Notes under the pieces: generated by a model
Told to the model about the DNA's origin: nothing
What the model saw: only the letters and a program-made list of their open reading frames with translations
The model's database searches: none
Source of the DNA: Octopus sinensis
Lineage: Eukaryota
Assembly (NCBI RefSeq): GCF_006345805.1
Contig: NC_043007.1
Span: 1,302,001 to 1,366,000 of the forward strand
Length of the DNA: 64,000 bases
Reading direction: 5' to 3'
Translations under genes and position numbers: made by a program
Shown here: piece by piece, positions 12,941 through 24,695 of the stretch
Position numbering within the stretch: position 1 is the first letter of the stretch
Layout: each line of letters starts with the position of its first letter

Positions 12941-13358
12941 CAGTTTGAACGGCAGTTTTTAAAAATAATTTCCACGTAACTAAACACTTTTAAACTTCGT
13001 ATACTGGTAGAATGTGTTTATAAAACATGTTTTTCTCTTGGCTTTATTGAGAAAATTCTATAGTTTGTAAGATATTTGTTGTTGTTTTCTTCAATTTCTG
13101 CAATTACAATCAATCAATGACGTCCATTGAAGTAAAAAAAGCATTCTGTGCCGTATGAATATGTCCCTCGTTTAAGAAACAGATTGGGTTTATTTACATT
13201 TGTGAAGAAAAAAGATACCCTTCCCCACCACTTATCCTAACCTTAACCCTAACCCTAAAACAGATTGAAATGCAATAGATCGATACTCGGGTCATAATTA
13301 TGTGTGACAATTTCATATGACACCGCTAGAAAAAACTGCCGTTCAAACCGAAAAGATC
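12941..13358. mobile_element. Same TTAGGG-bearing TIR family, left end lost in gap
   Basis: CAGTTTGAACGGCAGTTTTT ... AAAAACTGCCGTTCAAACCGAAAAGATCC; internal CCCTAA repeats. Confidence 0.8.
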
Positions 13359-15652
13359 CCTAAACACTTTTAAACTTCGTATACTGGTAGAATGTGTTAC
13401 GTAAAACGGATCTTTTCACTTTAAAAATCTGCCGGTCAAAGTGAAAAGATCCGACTGGTACTTATTAAGTCGGTTTCAAAAATTTAAATGGCGAAGTGGA
13501 CTTGGGCGGAATTTGAACCCAGAACGTAAGGCCGGAAGATATATATTGCTAATGCTTAGCGGTATTTCGTCTGCCGTTACGTTCTGAGTTCAAATTCCGC
13601 CGAGGTCGACGTTGCAGTTCATCCTTTCATGGTCGATAAATTAAGTACCAGTTACGCACTGGGATCGATATAATCGACTTAATCTGTTTGTCTGTCCTTG
13701 TTTGTCCTCTCTGTGTTTAACCCCTTGTGGGTAGTAAAGAAATAGGTATGAATCTGCTGATACGTTCTGAGTTCAAATTCCGCCGAGGTCGACTTTGCCT
13801 TTCATCCTTTCGGGGTCGATTAAATAAGTACCAGTTACGCACTGCGATCGATATAATCGACTTATCTGTTTGTCTGTCCTTGTTTGTCCTCTCTGTGTGT
13901 AGCCCCTTGTCACCCATAATTATGACCCTAGTATCGATCTATTGCATTTCAATCTGTTTTAGGGTTAGGGTTAGTTAGGATTAGTTAGGGTTAGGGTTAA
14001 GGTTAGAATTAGGGGTGGGGGGAAGGGTATCTTTTTTTCTTCAGAAATGTAAATAAACCCAATCTGTTTCTTAAACGAGGGACGTATTCATACGGCACAG
14101 AATGTTTTTTTTTTTACCTCAATAGACGTCAGTGATTGGTTGAAATTGCAGAAATTGAAGTAAAAAAAAAACAACAACAAAGAAATAGATATATATATAT
14201 ATATATTGCTAATGATTTTGTCCGGCGTGCTTAACGACTGAGCCGAGTCGCCCAAAACCATTGGTGAATTTTACTTTCAGTTTTGATGTTTCTGGCATCG
14301 CATTAGTCTCCCTTTCGCCAGACTTTTATTGCAACGGGGAAACTGCTTGGCGAAGGCCGTAACAACATGGACGTCTGTGGGAGCATCTGACAACGCACGC
14401 CGATCGCATTTTACCGTTCACTCCCTGTCAGAGCTTTCCTTTTCACTGATATGAAGACGGTCGGAGTTTTAAATAACTTATCTATTGATTAACTGATGAA
14501 TTACGACATTTTATTGCTTCTGCCCGGATATATTATCAACACCAGTTAAGAATTCGTTGCAGTTGTGTGATCTACGCAAAGGGGTTGGCCTGGCAATACT
14601 TTTTTTTTTTCCTCCACATATATCTCCGTATATTGTGTGATTTGCGCCGCCCTCGGAGAAGGAAAACAAACTGGGAGGTTGGTTGACATCTGTTTAACGA
14701 TTCTATTAAGTTTCTGTTTGTGATAAACATGGAAAAATTTCACAGTAAACAAACTCTAGAAGTGAATGTGTGTGCAATCATTGATTGCCATCTTTTTACA
14801 TGTTTTAAACTTAAGTGTGCATGTATGTGTGTTTATATATATATATATATATATATACATACAACATACATACATACACACACATACATACATACATACA
14901 CATACATACATACACACATACATACATACATACATACACACACACACATACATACATACACACATACATACATACATACATCATACATGCATACATACAT
15001 ACATACACACACATACATACATCATACATACACACACACATACATACATACATGTATGTATGTATGTGTGCATGTATGTATATATATATATATATATATA
15101 TGTATATGTATATATATATATGTATATGTATATATGTATGTATGTATATATATATGTATGTGTGTGTATATATATATATGATTAAAATTATAAATTAGGG
15201 TATCTACGAGATACCACCATGCTGAAAATAGCAGCCACTTATCCTTATTTATATAAATATATATATGTAGGTGTATGTATGTATGTATGTATGTTTGTAT
15301 ATTTTTCAAAATAAGGACGCGACCACTGTTCCACGCACTAATTATTTTCTTTCCCAACTCGTGTTGCCATCACCCCAAAAGTTAACTCTCATTGATTTCG
15401 TTCTTTCTCTCCCTCTCCGTGTCAATTACCGAAATTTAAAACCACACCTATGTCATTGTTTTTCCCTTCTGTGTGCAGAATATCTTTTCTCTTACGCCTT
15501 CTACCATTTAGGTTATCTGTTGCCACACACATATATATAGATAGATATCATGTAATTGCTTCGTGCTCTTATTTCTGATCTGTAATAATTTTCGTTCGAA
15601 GTACGTGGTATATTGACAGTTGACTTTGTGGTGCTATAAATTAACTTGGGTA

Positions 15653-15899
15653 CTACTCGAGAACAGTGGTCCCGGTGCGCGCACTCGCGTACTCGCGCAT
15701 CGTCGCTAGCTAGTCGTGACTAGTAGATCCTTACTTTGTGATTTTGTATGTTATTTACTTTGTGTAAAAAAAATCATTTATTTTGTGTTTTATTTACTTT
15801 GCTTAGGTAGTCGTTGTAGGATCGACTAGTCACGACTAGCTATCGCGGACGCGCGACTACCGCGAGTGCGCGTCACCGGGAACCACTGTTCTTAAGTAG
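15653..15899. repeat. CpG-rich inverted repeat (about 80-bp arms, about 86-bp AT-rich spacer)
   Basis: Left arm 15653-15731 aligns with the reverse complement of 15818-15899 with about 11 differences. Confidence 0.9.
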
Positions 15900-16029
15900 A
15901 ACCATTAACTACTCCCCCCCCCTCGATCCTCCCCCCTCTTTTCTTTTAAGGATATAAATCGTAAATTAGTGTGAAACTATTTCAGAGCTTGTTGAGTTGA
16001 AAAAAAGTAGCAGACAGCCTGATTAAACG

Positions 16030-16300
16030 TGTACACAACATAGGTCGCCGCCTCTTCGTCGACCGACCAACAAAAAACTTAATGGACAAGGGCGGAACTA
16101 CCCAACTTTGTTAAAAAACGTCGACGTCTAATTTCCGTAATTACTAACAACACATAACACTCACACACATACACACACGTACGGACTATTTATTGTGTAA
16201 CACGTTTTTGTAACAATTGATTCTCTATTGTCACTGTAAAAAAAAAAACTTTATTATTATTGAAATTATCAACGATTTCTCCCTATTTATTATAAAACAC
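16030..16300. promoter_or_regulatory. Candidate promoter / TSS region
   Basis: Non-repetitive CpG-rich patch with GGGCGG and CGGAA motifs, near where CpG content appears to drop downstream; inference only. Confidence 0.35.
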
Positions 16301-18381
16301 TTCGGTTACTGTTTGGGCTCAGCTTGTCAACCCCGATTGAGCAACCCTTCTTATCAAAAAACATTCCCACCATGTCCATCCCATCGGTTTTGTATTATGA
16401 TGATTGTTACATCATCCAAACACTCAACTTTATTTTTGAAAATGAAAATAGGGTTCGATTTGAGTAGGATTTGGCTGCTATTTCTAGCAAGTCCAAAGGC
16501 TACGTCGCGGCTCCCTAAGGGGGTTAGGGTTAGGGTTCTCTTTGATTGCATTTTGTGTTAAAAGGTCTATTTTAGGTGTTTCGTTTTCGTTTAATTTTCG
16601 AAAAGTCAGCATTTAACATATAGTCGTATCTCAATAATTACCTTGACGTGTATAAATATTGAAATTACTGTGATGGCAAATATAGGTATTAACGAAATTA
16701 TGTGACACCCACAAACTTACCGATTTAATTGAAATTAAGCAACTATCACAAAACTTAACACGGATTTTTTATTTTCTATTGACATTACTACTCTGGCACA
16801 CTAGTGGGCGGAGGAGGGGCACCTAATCATTGATGTACGGCTTACCTGCACCTACCTGTTGCATTTCTGGTGCTGGCGGAATATTAAAGAACAGATATGT
16901 ATTAAAATGACAAACACACAGACTGGAGTCGAAAATGTCGGACGTGATTTCCAGTGAAATGCATTTATGGATATCCATGTTTCGTTTTTTAATGTAACTG
17001 TTGCTTAGTCAGCAGTCACACTTGATTGTGCTAACCTTATGATGAAGGGTGTTCCGGGCGTGACCACACCGTCTCTCTCTTTACTCTTTTACTCTTTGAC
17101 TTGTTTCAGTCATTTGACTGCGGCCATGCTGGAGCACCGCTTTTAGTCGAGCAAATCGACCCCAGGACTTATTCTTTGTAAGCCCAGTACTTATTCTATC
17201 GGTCTCTTTTGCCGAACCGCTAAGTGACGGGGACTTAAACACACCAACATCGGTTGTCAAGCAATGCTAGGGGGACAAACACAGACACACAAACATACAC
17301 ACACACACATATATATATATATACATACATATATACGACGGGCTTCTTTCAGTTTCCGTCTACCAAATCCACTCACAAGGCTTTGGTTGGCCCGGGGCTA
17401 TAATAGAAGACACTTGCCCAAGGTGCCACGCAGTGGGACTGAACCTGGAACCATGTGGTTGGTAAGCAAGCTACTTACCACACAGCCACTCCAGCGCCTA
17501 TGTATATATATATATCGAACATTAATCGAGTCGATCTCACAGGGGTCAGAGACCTGCAAAGACCATGTGAAGAGCCTTACTCTTCCTGGCTAAACCCCAA
17601 ACAAAAACCTCGTCATTTCTTTTTAAGGAAGTAGGGTGTGATTTGAGGGTGATATGGTTGCTATTTCCAGCAGATCAAACGATTGTGTAGAGGCTCTCTT
17701 GTTATAGTGCACTGATCTATTTTCTCTATCTGTGGAACACCTTGTTTCTATTTATTTTTATTTTTACCAATCTCTCTCTGCTTTCTTCATGCATTTGACC
17801 AATTCTGTGTAGAATTAAATATTGGTTTATCTGCTAATCCATTCTTTGACTTGGTAGCCATGGTGATGCTCACCTTCTCCTCCAGGATATGGGTACTGTT
17901 CATACTCAAACAGCTCATTGGCTTTTGACAGATTTTTGTCTTATAATCCTGCTGGGTGCCCTCACACATGGTCCTTACTGGGTAAGCTTAGTGGTGGAGT
18001 CACCAACTACTCGGCTGTGAGCTGGTTGTACCGAATTACATAGTTGCCAGTTGCAGTTTTCCATCAACTTGCAATGGAATTGCACCTGACTTGTCTTAGA
18101 GTGTGGTGCCAAGATGTAGATTTATGTTTGTTTATAGGTTTTGATTCTATGTTGCATCTGTGCTATTTCATTGCAATACTGAGATGAAAGAGATGAATGT
18201 TATACCATCAGTCTAGTTTCTCCTCTTGGATTAATCTGATGCTTTTATTTGCTGGTACGTCAGATCTATCCAACCCATGTCACTTGTAAAACTGAACTTT
18301 AAAATGCCTGTGATAATTTGTTTTATACAACATAGTTAAAATTTTCCACACACACTCATACATTTATATACATATGTGCTA

Positions 18382-18419
<38 letters not shown>

Positions 18420-18608
18420 TTGGAAAGGCCAGTTTATGGGATTACCTTAGGTTTCTCATCCATAAAGGGTTTAGCTTTATGGTGTATCATCAGGTCCCAA
18501 AACCTGTTGGTCCAAGACCACTTAAAATTAGGGAGGCAGAAATGCTCCTCCATATTTTTAAGAGGTCATAGGCCAATAGGTTTTGGGACCTGACGATATG
18601 CCATAAAG

Positions 18609-18641
<33 letters not shown>

Positions 18642-19619
18642 AATCAAAATCAAATTCGATGACTGGCATCTGTTCTAGTGGAGCACTAAGAGTACCATAC
18701 GAGTGTGATCATTGCCAGAGCAACAAGCTGGCTTCCATGCCGGTGGTATGTAAAAAGCACCATTCGAGCGTGATCGTTACCTGCATTGCCTTACTGGCAT
18801 TTGTGCTGGTGGCACATGAAAAAACATTTGAGCGAGGTCGTTGCCAGTGTCGCTGGACTGGCTCCTGTGCAGGTGGCACATAAAAAGCACCATTTGAGCA
18901 TGGCCATTGCCAGTACTGCCAGACTGGCCCTTGTGCCGGTGGCACGTAAAAGCACCCACTACACTCTCTAATATCTCTTATACTCAATTTTCCTCCACTT
19001 TGCTGGCTCCATTTCTTTCAAAATTTTGCATGTCTTCTACATTCACAACCCATGTTTCACTACCATGTTGCACAGCTGTTTTAAAACAGGCATCATACAA
19101 TTAGCCTTTCATACTGAGTGAGAGGCCCAGTTTTACCAACAATGGTAATAGCTCTCTCAACTTTGCCCGGCTAGTTCTTATTCTAACAACTACTCTTTCA
19201 GAGTATCCGCTTCCACAGCTAATTTGGTCACTTATATGCTGGTGGGCACGTAAAAAGCACCATTTGAGCGTGATTGTTACCAGTGTCACCTTACTGGCAC
19301 ATGAGCAAAACATTCAAGCGAGGTTGTTGCCAGTGCCGCTGGACTGACTTCTGTGCAGGTGGCATGTAAAAAACACCATTTCGAGCGTGGCTGTTGCCAG
19401 TACCGCCAGACTGGCCCCCGTGCCTGTGACATGTAAAAGCACCCACTCCACTCTCAAAGTGGTTGGTGTTAGGAAGGGCATCCAGCTGTAGAAACTTTGC
19501 CAGATCAGATTGGAGCCTGGTGCAACCATCTGGTTCGCTAGTCCTCAGTCAAATCATCCAACCCATGCTAGCATGGAAAGCGGATGTTAAACGACGATGA
19601 TGAATATGATACAACAGAT

Positions 19620-21070
19620 ATAGCGTACTCTCTTCATTCCTTTCCAACCATGACCAACCTTCTACATTCAAAGCCTCTGTTTCACTTCCATGCCATTTCA
19701 CACTTCCTACACCAAGCATCATACAACTGCTCTTTACTCAGAAAGAGAAACCCTTTATTACCAGGAGCAGTAATAACTCCCTGAACTTTCTCAGCCTCAT
19801 TTTTACTCTGGTTACTATACTTTCTGAAAACCCACCTTTATGGCTAATTAAGTCATTAAGGTAACAAAAAGTATCATCTGCTCCCGTTAGCTTTCCATTC
19901 TGAACATTTGAAGAATCTAAAGAATTATATGTCTATTCTTACCACAGACTATTCCAATATGGAGGCTACCTTCTTTGTCATCTTGTCTATGATTCCATAA
20001 CATTTTATTTTCATCCATAGTTTACGTAGTTACATTCAGTACATCATATGTAATTCCTACATACTCAGCAAGGCCATTTCCTTTATGGAAACAGTCTGGT
20101 CCACTTTGCTATTTACAAAAACTTAAATTTTGCTAAGTTCTTTCGTTTTATTTTTTTATTTTTGAGGACTCTGAAGGTTTTGTTCCTTTTCTGGAATTTC
20201 TTCTCTAAATCTTCTGATTCAGCTATAAGAAGTAGGTCATCATCATCATAGTTTAACATCCGTTTTCCATGCTAGCATGGGTTGGACGGTTCAACCGGGG
20301 TCAGGGTAGCCAGGGGCTGCACCAGGCTCCAGTCTGATCTGGCAGTGTTTCTACAGCTGGATGCCCTTCCTAATGCCAACCACTCCGAGAGTGTAGTGGG
20401 TGCTTTTTACATGCCAGGGGAGGCTGGCAGCAGTCAGGATCCGTTGGTGCTTTTTACATGCCACTGGCACAGAAGCCAGTCAAGGTGGCGCTGGCATTGG
20501 CCACATTCGGTTGGTGCTTTTTACATGCCACCGGCACAGGTATCGCAACTACAATTTCCATTTGATATTTATTTTGATGTCAGTATACAGGAATTCCCAT
20601 GGACAGATGCTATTAAAATCCTCAGTTGCAGCCTCGAGAATTATATTCAACAAGACCTGGCTGAGAAATGGCCCCTGGTTGATCCTTATATGAATGCTAA
20701 GTTCACCATTGATTTGACTATTGATTCTCACCTTGCCGACTGTGCTTCTGTACATGATGTGTTCAGCCCTCTTAAAGCATTTCATAGCTTCCTTAGCAAC
20801 CACCAGATTACAGAGTATGGAAACTAGTCAAAGGCCTTCTCTAGGCTAATGACTGTCTGCTCCTAGCCATTTACTTCTGAAGGTGTCTCACCAGGAAGAT
20901 AACATCAGTAGTACCACTTTCTGGCATAAAACCAAACTGCATCTCATCCAAGTTAATTCTGTTCTTAATCAATTATGCAATAACTCTTCTTATAACTTTC
21001 ATAACCTGTTTATGAGAATTATATAGAAAATTTAACTACCAGGGCATTAAAAAAATTTGATATCTCTGTA
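19620..21070 (-). mobile_element. Decayed RTE-clade LINE (RT region), interrupted by a VNTR-type 3' UTR segment
   Basis: Minus translation ...NQGPFLSQVLLNIILEAATEDFNSICPWEFLYTD, DDLLLIAES, GKWPC..C, HGSET; related fragments at 18990-19255 and 21875-22350. Confidence 0.8.
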
Positions 21071-21985
21071 GTTGTCTTTCAGTAATCTTGTTTTCTCTTG
21101 TCTTAAGACAGCATTCACCTGGGGTGGGTTGAGCTGACTTCATTCATCCTCAATGCTGCATCTCTCACAAATGCCGACCAGGCCTGGTGATTTGAGGCTA
21201 ACGACCATGTGATCTCCAATCACTCCCTATTCCAGCGGTGAACGCCGTAGACATGGGGGCCCAAGTTGGGTTCCAGATCAGCCTTGACTGTCATCAGCCA
21301 GGAATTTCGTTGTCCACCACATCGTTTTCGCCAACCCTGAAGGGGAGCTGGGGCAATTGCTTCGTAGATGAATTCTCCTGGTTGACGACGGAGGGCATGA
21401 CCCAGCCAACGCAGATGTCTCGTTAGGATGACTTGTCGGAGGGAGGTGATTTTGCGTGTTTCCCTTGTTCATGTACTACTTGATAATGATACTGTTACAT
21501 TAATCATTGGGCAGGACGCCTTCCTGCCAAACTAGATCAATGATGTGAGTTATTAGCATTTATCCTATGTACCTCCTCCTCCTTGTTTTAACATCCACTT
21601 TCTTGTGCATTTTATGGGTTAGGCAAAATCCATCGAGGCAGATTTTTTTAATGGCTGGACACTCTTGCTGTCACTAACCCTCGCTTTTTTTGACAAGTGG
21701 TGTAAGATTTCCCCATGTGCTTTGAACATGAACAGTACAATTGTTGGACATGATTTTCATGAAAGATTGCAAACAGACTGCTGATTGTATGATAGTGATG
21801 TTTGCTTAAATTAGCTTGTATTGTCAAAACAAGACAGAACAAGTATATTCTCTCTCTCACACACACACATGTGGTAAATTGCCCCTGATTGATCCTTTCA
21901 TGCATGCTAAGTTCACCATTGATCTGACTGTTGATTCTCACCTTGCTGACTGTGCTTCTGTACATGATGTGCACAGCCCTCTTAA

Positions 21986-22218
21986 CCCTTTCGTTACTGT
22001 ATTTATTTTGAGATGCTCTGTGTTTCTTTCAATTACTCCAAATATAGCAAATAATTTATTAAGATGATTTAGTTATCATTAAGCTAGTGTTAGGAACATA
22101 AATTGTGACTAAGGTTTAGTGGAAGATTTTAATTCAGATTTTAATTCAGAACTTTTGAAAACAAGACATTTGTACAGCAGAGCCAGAGCTGGTTTAAGCC
22201 AGGTTGGTACCAAAAGGG
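21986..22218. mobile_element. piggyBac-type MITE
   Basis: TTAA TSD (21982-85, 22219-22); TIR CCCTTTCGTTAC / GTACCAAAAGGG; the paralogous RT copy near 20770 shows the empty single-TTAA site. Confidence 0.85.
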
Positions 22219-22523
22219 TTAAGGCATTTCATAGCTTCCTTAGCAACCACCAAATTACAGAGTATGGGAAACCAGTCAAAGGCCTTCTCTAGGCTAATGA
22301 CTGTCTGCTCCTAGCTAAGTACTTCTGAAGGTGTCTCACCAGGAAGATGACATTCACACACGCACTCACACACACACACATACACACACACACACACACA
22401 TTCACACATGTATTTATTCCCATCTTTCAGTTCCCATCCACTCAATCCACACACAAGGCTTTGATTGGCCTACGACTATACGAGAGGACACTTGCACAAA
22501 GTGGTATTCAGTGTGACTGAACC

Positions 22524-22558
<35 letters not shown>

Positions 22559-22616
22559 TATGCTCACACACACACAAGGTGTCTATAGATATATGTACAG
22601 TAATCCCTCACCATGT

Positions 22617-22877
22617 GGAGGCGCGTGGCTTAGTGGTTAGGGTGTCAGCATCATGATCATAAGATTGTGGTTTCGATCCCTGGATTGGGCGACGCGTTGT
22701 GTTCTTGAGCAAAATACTTCATTTCATGTTGCTCCAGTCCACTGAGCTGGCAAAAATGAGTAATGCTGTGATGGACTGGCGTCTCGTCCAGCTGGGGAAC
22801 ACATACGCCATTGAAACTGGGAAACTGGGCCCATGAGCCTGGTTAGGCTTTAAAAGGGCGCATTTATTATTTTTATT
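22617..22877 (+). mobile_element. tRNA-derived SINE with about 16-bp target-site duplication
   Basis: TAATCCCTCACCATGT on both flanks; head GGAGGCGCGTGGCTTAGTGGTTAGG; related heads at about 24735, 25255, 51605. Confidence 0.8.
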
Positions 22878-23694
22878 AATCCCTCACCATGTCGTGGTTC
22901 ACCCATCATTCACTCAGTACAATGCAGATTTTTCTGGCTGATATATGTAAATATATATGTAATATGTGGAGCTGCAATGGCCCAGCGGTTAGGGCAACGG
23001 ACTTGCGGTTTCAATTCCCAGACCAGGTGTTGTGAGTGTTTATTGAGCGAAAAACACCTAAAGCTCCATGAGGCTCCAGCAGGGGCTGGTGGCGATCCCG
23101 GCTGTACTCTTTCGCCACAACTTTCTCTCACTCTTTCTTCTGTTGGCCTGCTTGCTTAGCCAGTGGGGTGGCGTCATTTGAAAGGCTAAAACAATGCAAA
23201 GTGCATTGTGACCAGCGATGTGTAGCAACATCTGATAGCCTGGTCGGTCACGGTGATATGTAAATATATATTGGGACTCCTCAGTACATCACAGGTTTCT
23301 GCAGCCGATAGGTATTTATATCTTTTTAGAATTTAATTATTTCAGTGGGAGGTTTTGGAACATAACTCCTGCGATAGTTGAGAGATTACTGTCCACCAGG
23401 TAGCTATATGTTTCACATAAAAATGTCATTGGTAATATACACACACACACAAACATGCAAGGTGTATTTAGATGTATGTATAAATGTAAATACACGCACA
23501 CACACCTGCAAGGTGTGTATAAATATATGTGTAACAGTTAGCTATTGATTTCACATGTCTAGACATGTCAGTAATAATATACACACATATACACGCAAAC
23601 ATACAAAATGTCTATAAATGTAAATACATATATACACACACACACACATACCTACAAGGTGTGTATAAATATATGTATATCAGCTTGCTATATA

Positions 23695-24695
23695 ATTGGG
23701 CATTTTGAGCATTTGGTAGTAGTTGTTTGCTAATATTCACATGTTATTGAGCCTGGTCATTGGTCATTTCACGAGGAGCTTCTCAACAGCATTTATTCAC
23801 AAGGCCGAGCTTATGGAGGTGTCGATTGAAGGTGCTTTGTGAAGGGCCAAGTTCTGCTGACAATGTATGAGGGCTTGTGCTTAGCTGTTGTACAACCTTT
23901 TCAAGCAAGGCCTAATCTTCCACAACAGAAGGTCTCTCTGACCTTGGTTTGTCTTTGAGTCTGGTGTCACCTTCCTTGAAATGTCTGAACCAGTTTTATG
24001 TTACATGTTCATTGACAGTTCCTGAGGGCTTCAACATCATTAATTTCTTTTGCCTCTGCCCTTGCAGTCAGCCAAAAGGTGGCATAAAATGGCTCTGATT
24101 GCAATTTTTTCACCGCTTATTATTGAAGCTGTAAAATAAAGAACACACAATTGATGTTAATCTATATATATAAAGCTGAAGTTGTCTGTGTGTGGCAGGT
24201 TTGGTAGCCTTCAGCTAACACTATCTCCTCCGAGACCCTGCGACACAAGTTGACCAAAATTGAGAGTATGATAGAAGAAGGCTTGCTCTTCATTCCGTAG
24301 AAGATAAAATTCAAATTGGACCATGTTAACACCAAAAATTATTTATATCAAAAAGGTGCTTTTTTTTCTATGAAAATCCCTATTTTTTACGACTTTTTGT
24401 CTGCTGTGTCACCATTTTTCGGTGTATTTCAACCAGAAAAATGTTCACTTAAAGGGAATAACAAGCTACATAATGCAAGATTTTTACTTTTCAAAAATTC
24501 CAATTCTAAAGGATCAAAACAAACCCGAGCAACGCCAAGCGATACTGCTAGTCTGTTATATTTGAAAATAAAGAAGAAACAATTCAGAAGTGATTGGACA
24601 ACAAGTTGTATCAAAATAATGATATAACATGGAAGATACAAGTTGCCAAGAGACATCATTGAAAATCCCAAAATAACTTTTGACTCAACATGGTA
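23695..24695 (-). mobile_element. Decayed mariner transposon 5' part, interrupted by a Helitron
   Basis: Minus translation with stops: GTVNEHVT*NWFRHFKEGDTRLKDKPRSERPSVVED*ALL...STFNRHLHKLGLVNK, a mariner HTH region; TIR-like end near 24670-24695. Confidence 0.8.
24161..24551 (+). mobile_element. Non-autonomous Helitron
   Basis: A|TCTATATATATAAAG 5' end, subterminal CCCGAGCAACGCCAAGCG hairpin-like motif, CTAG|T 3' end, no TSD; sister copy at 59508-59899. Confidence 0.85.

Noticed and set aside
20282-20827. Protein-like plus-strand ORF (LENYIQQDLAEKWPLVDPY...), repeated near 21816-22067
   Set aside because: It is the antisense frame of an RTE reverse transcriptase on the minus strand.
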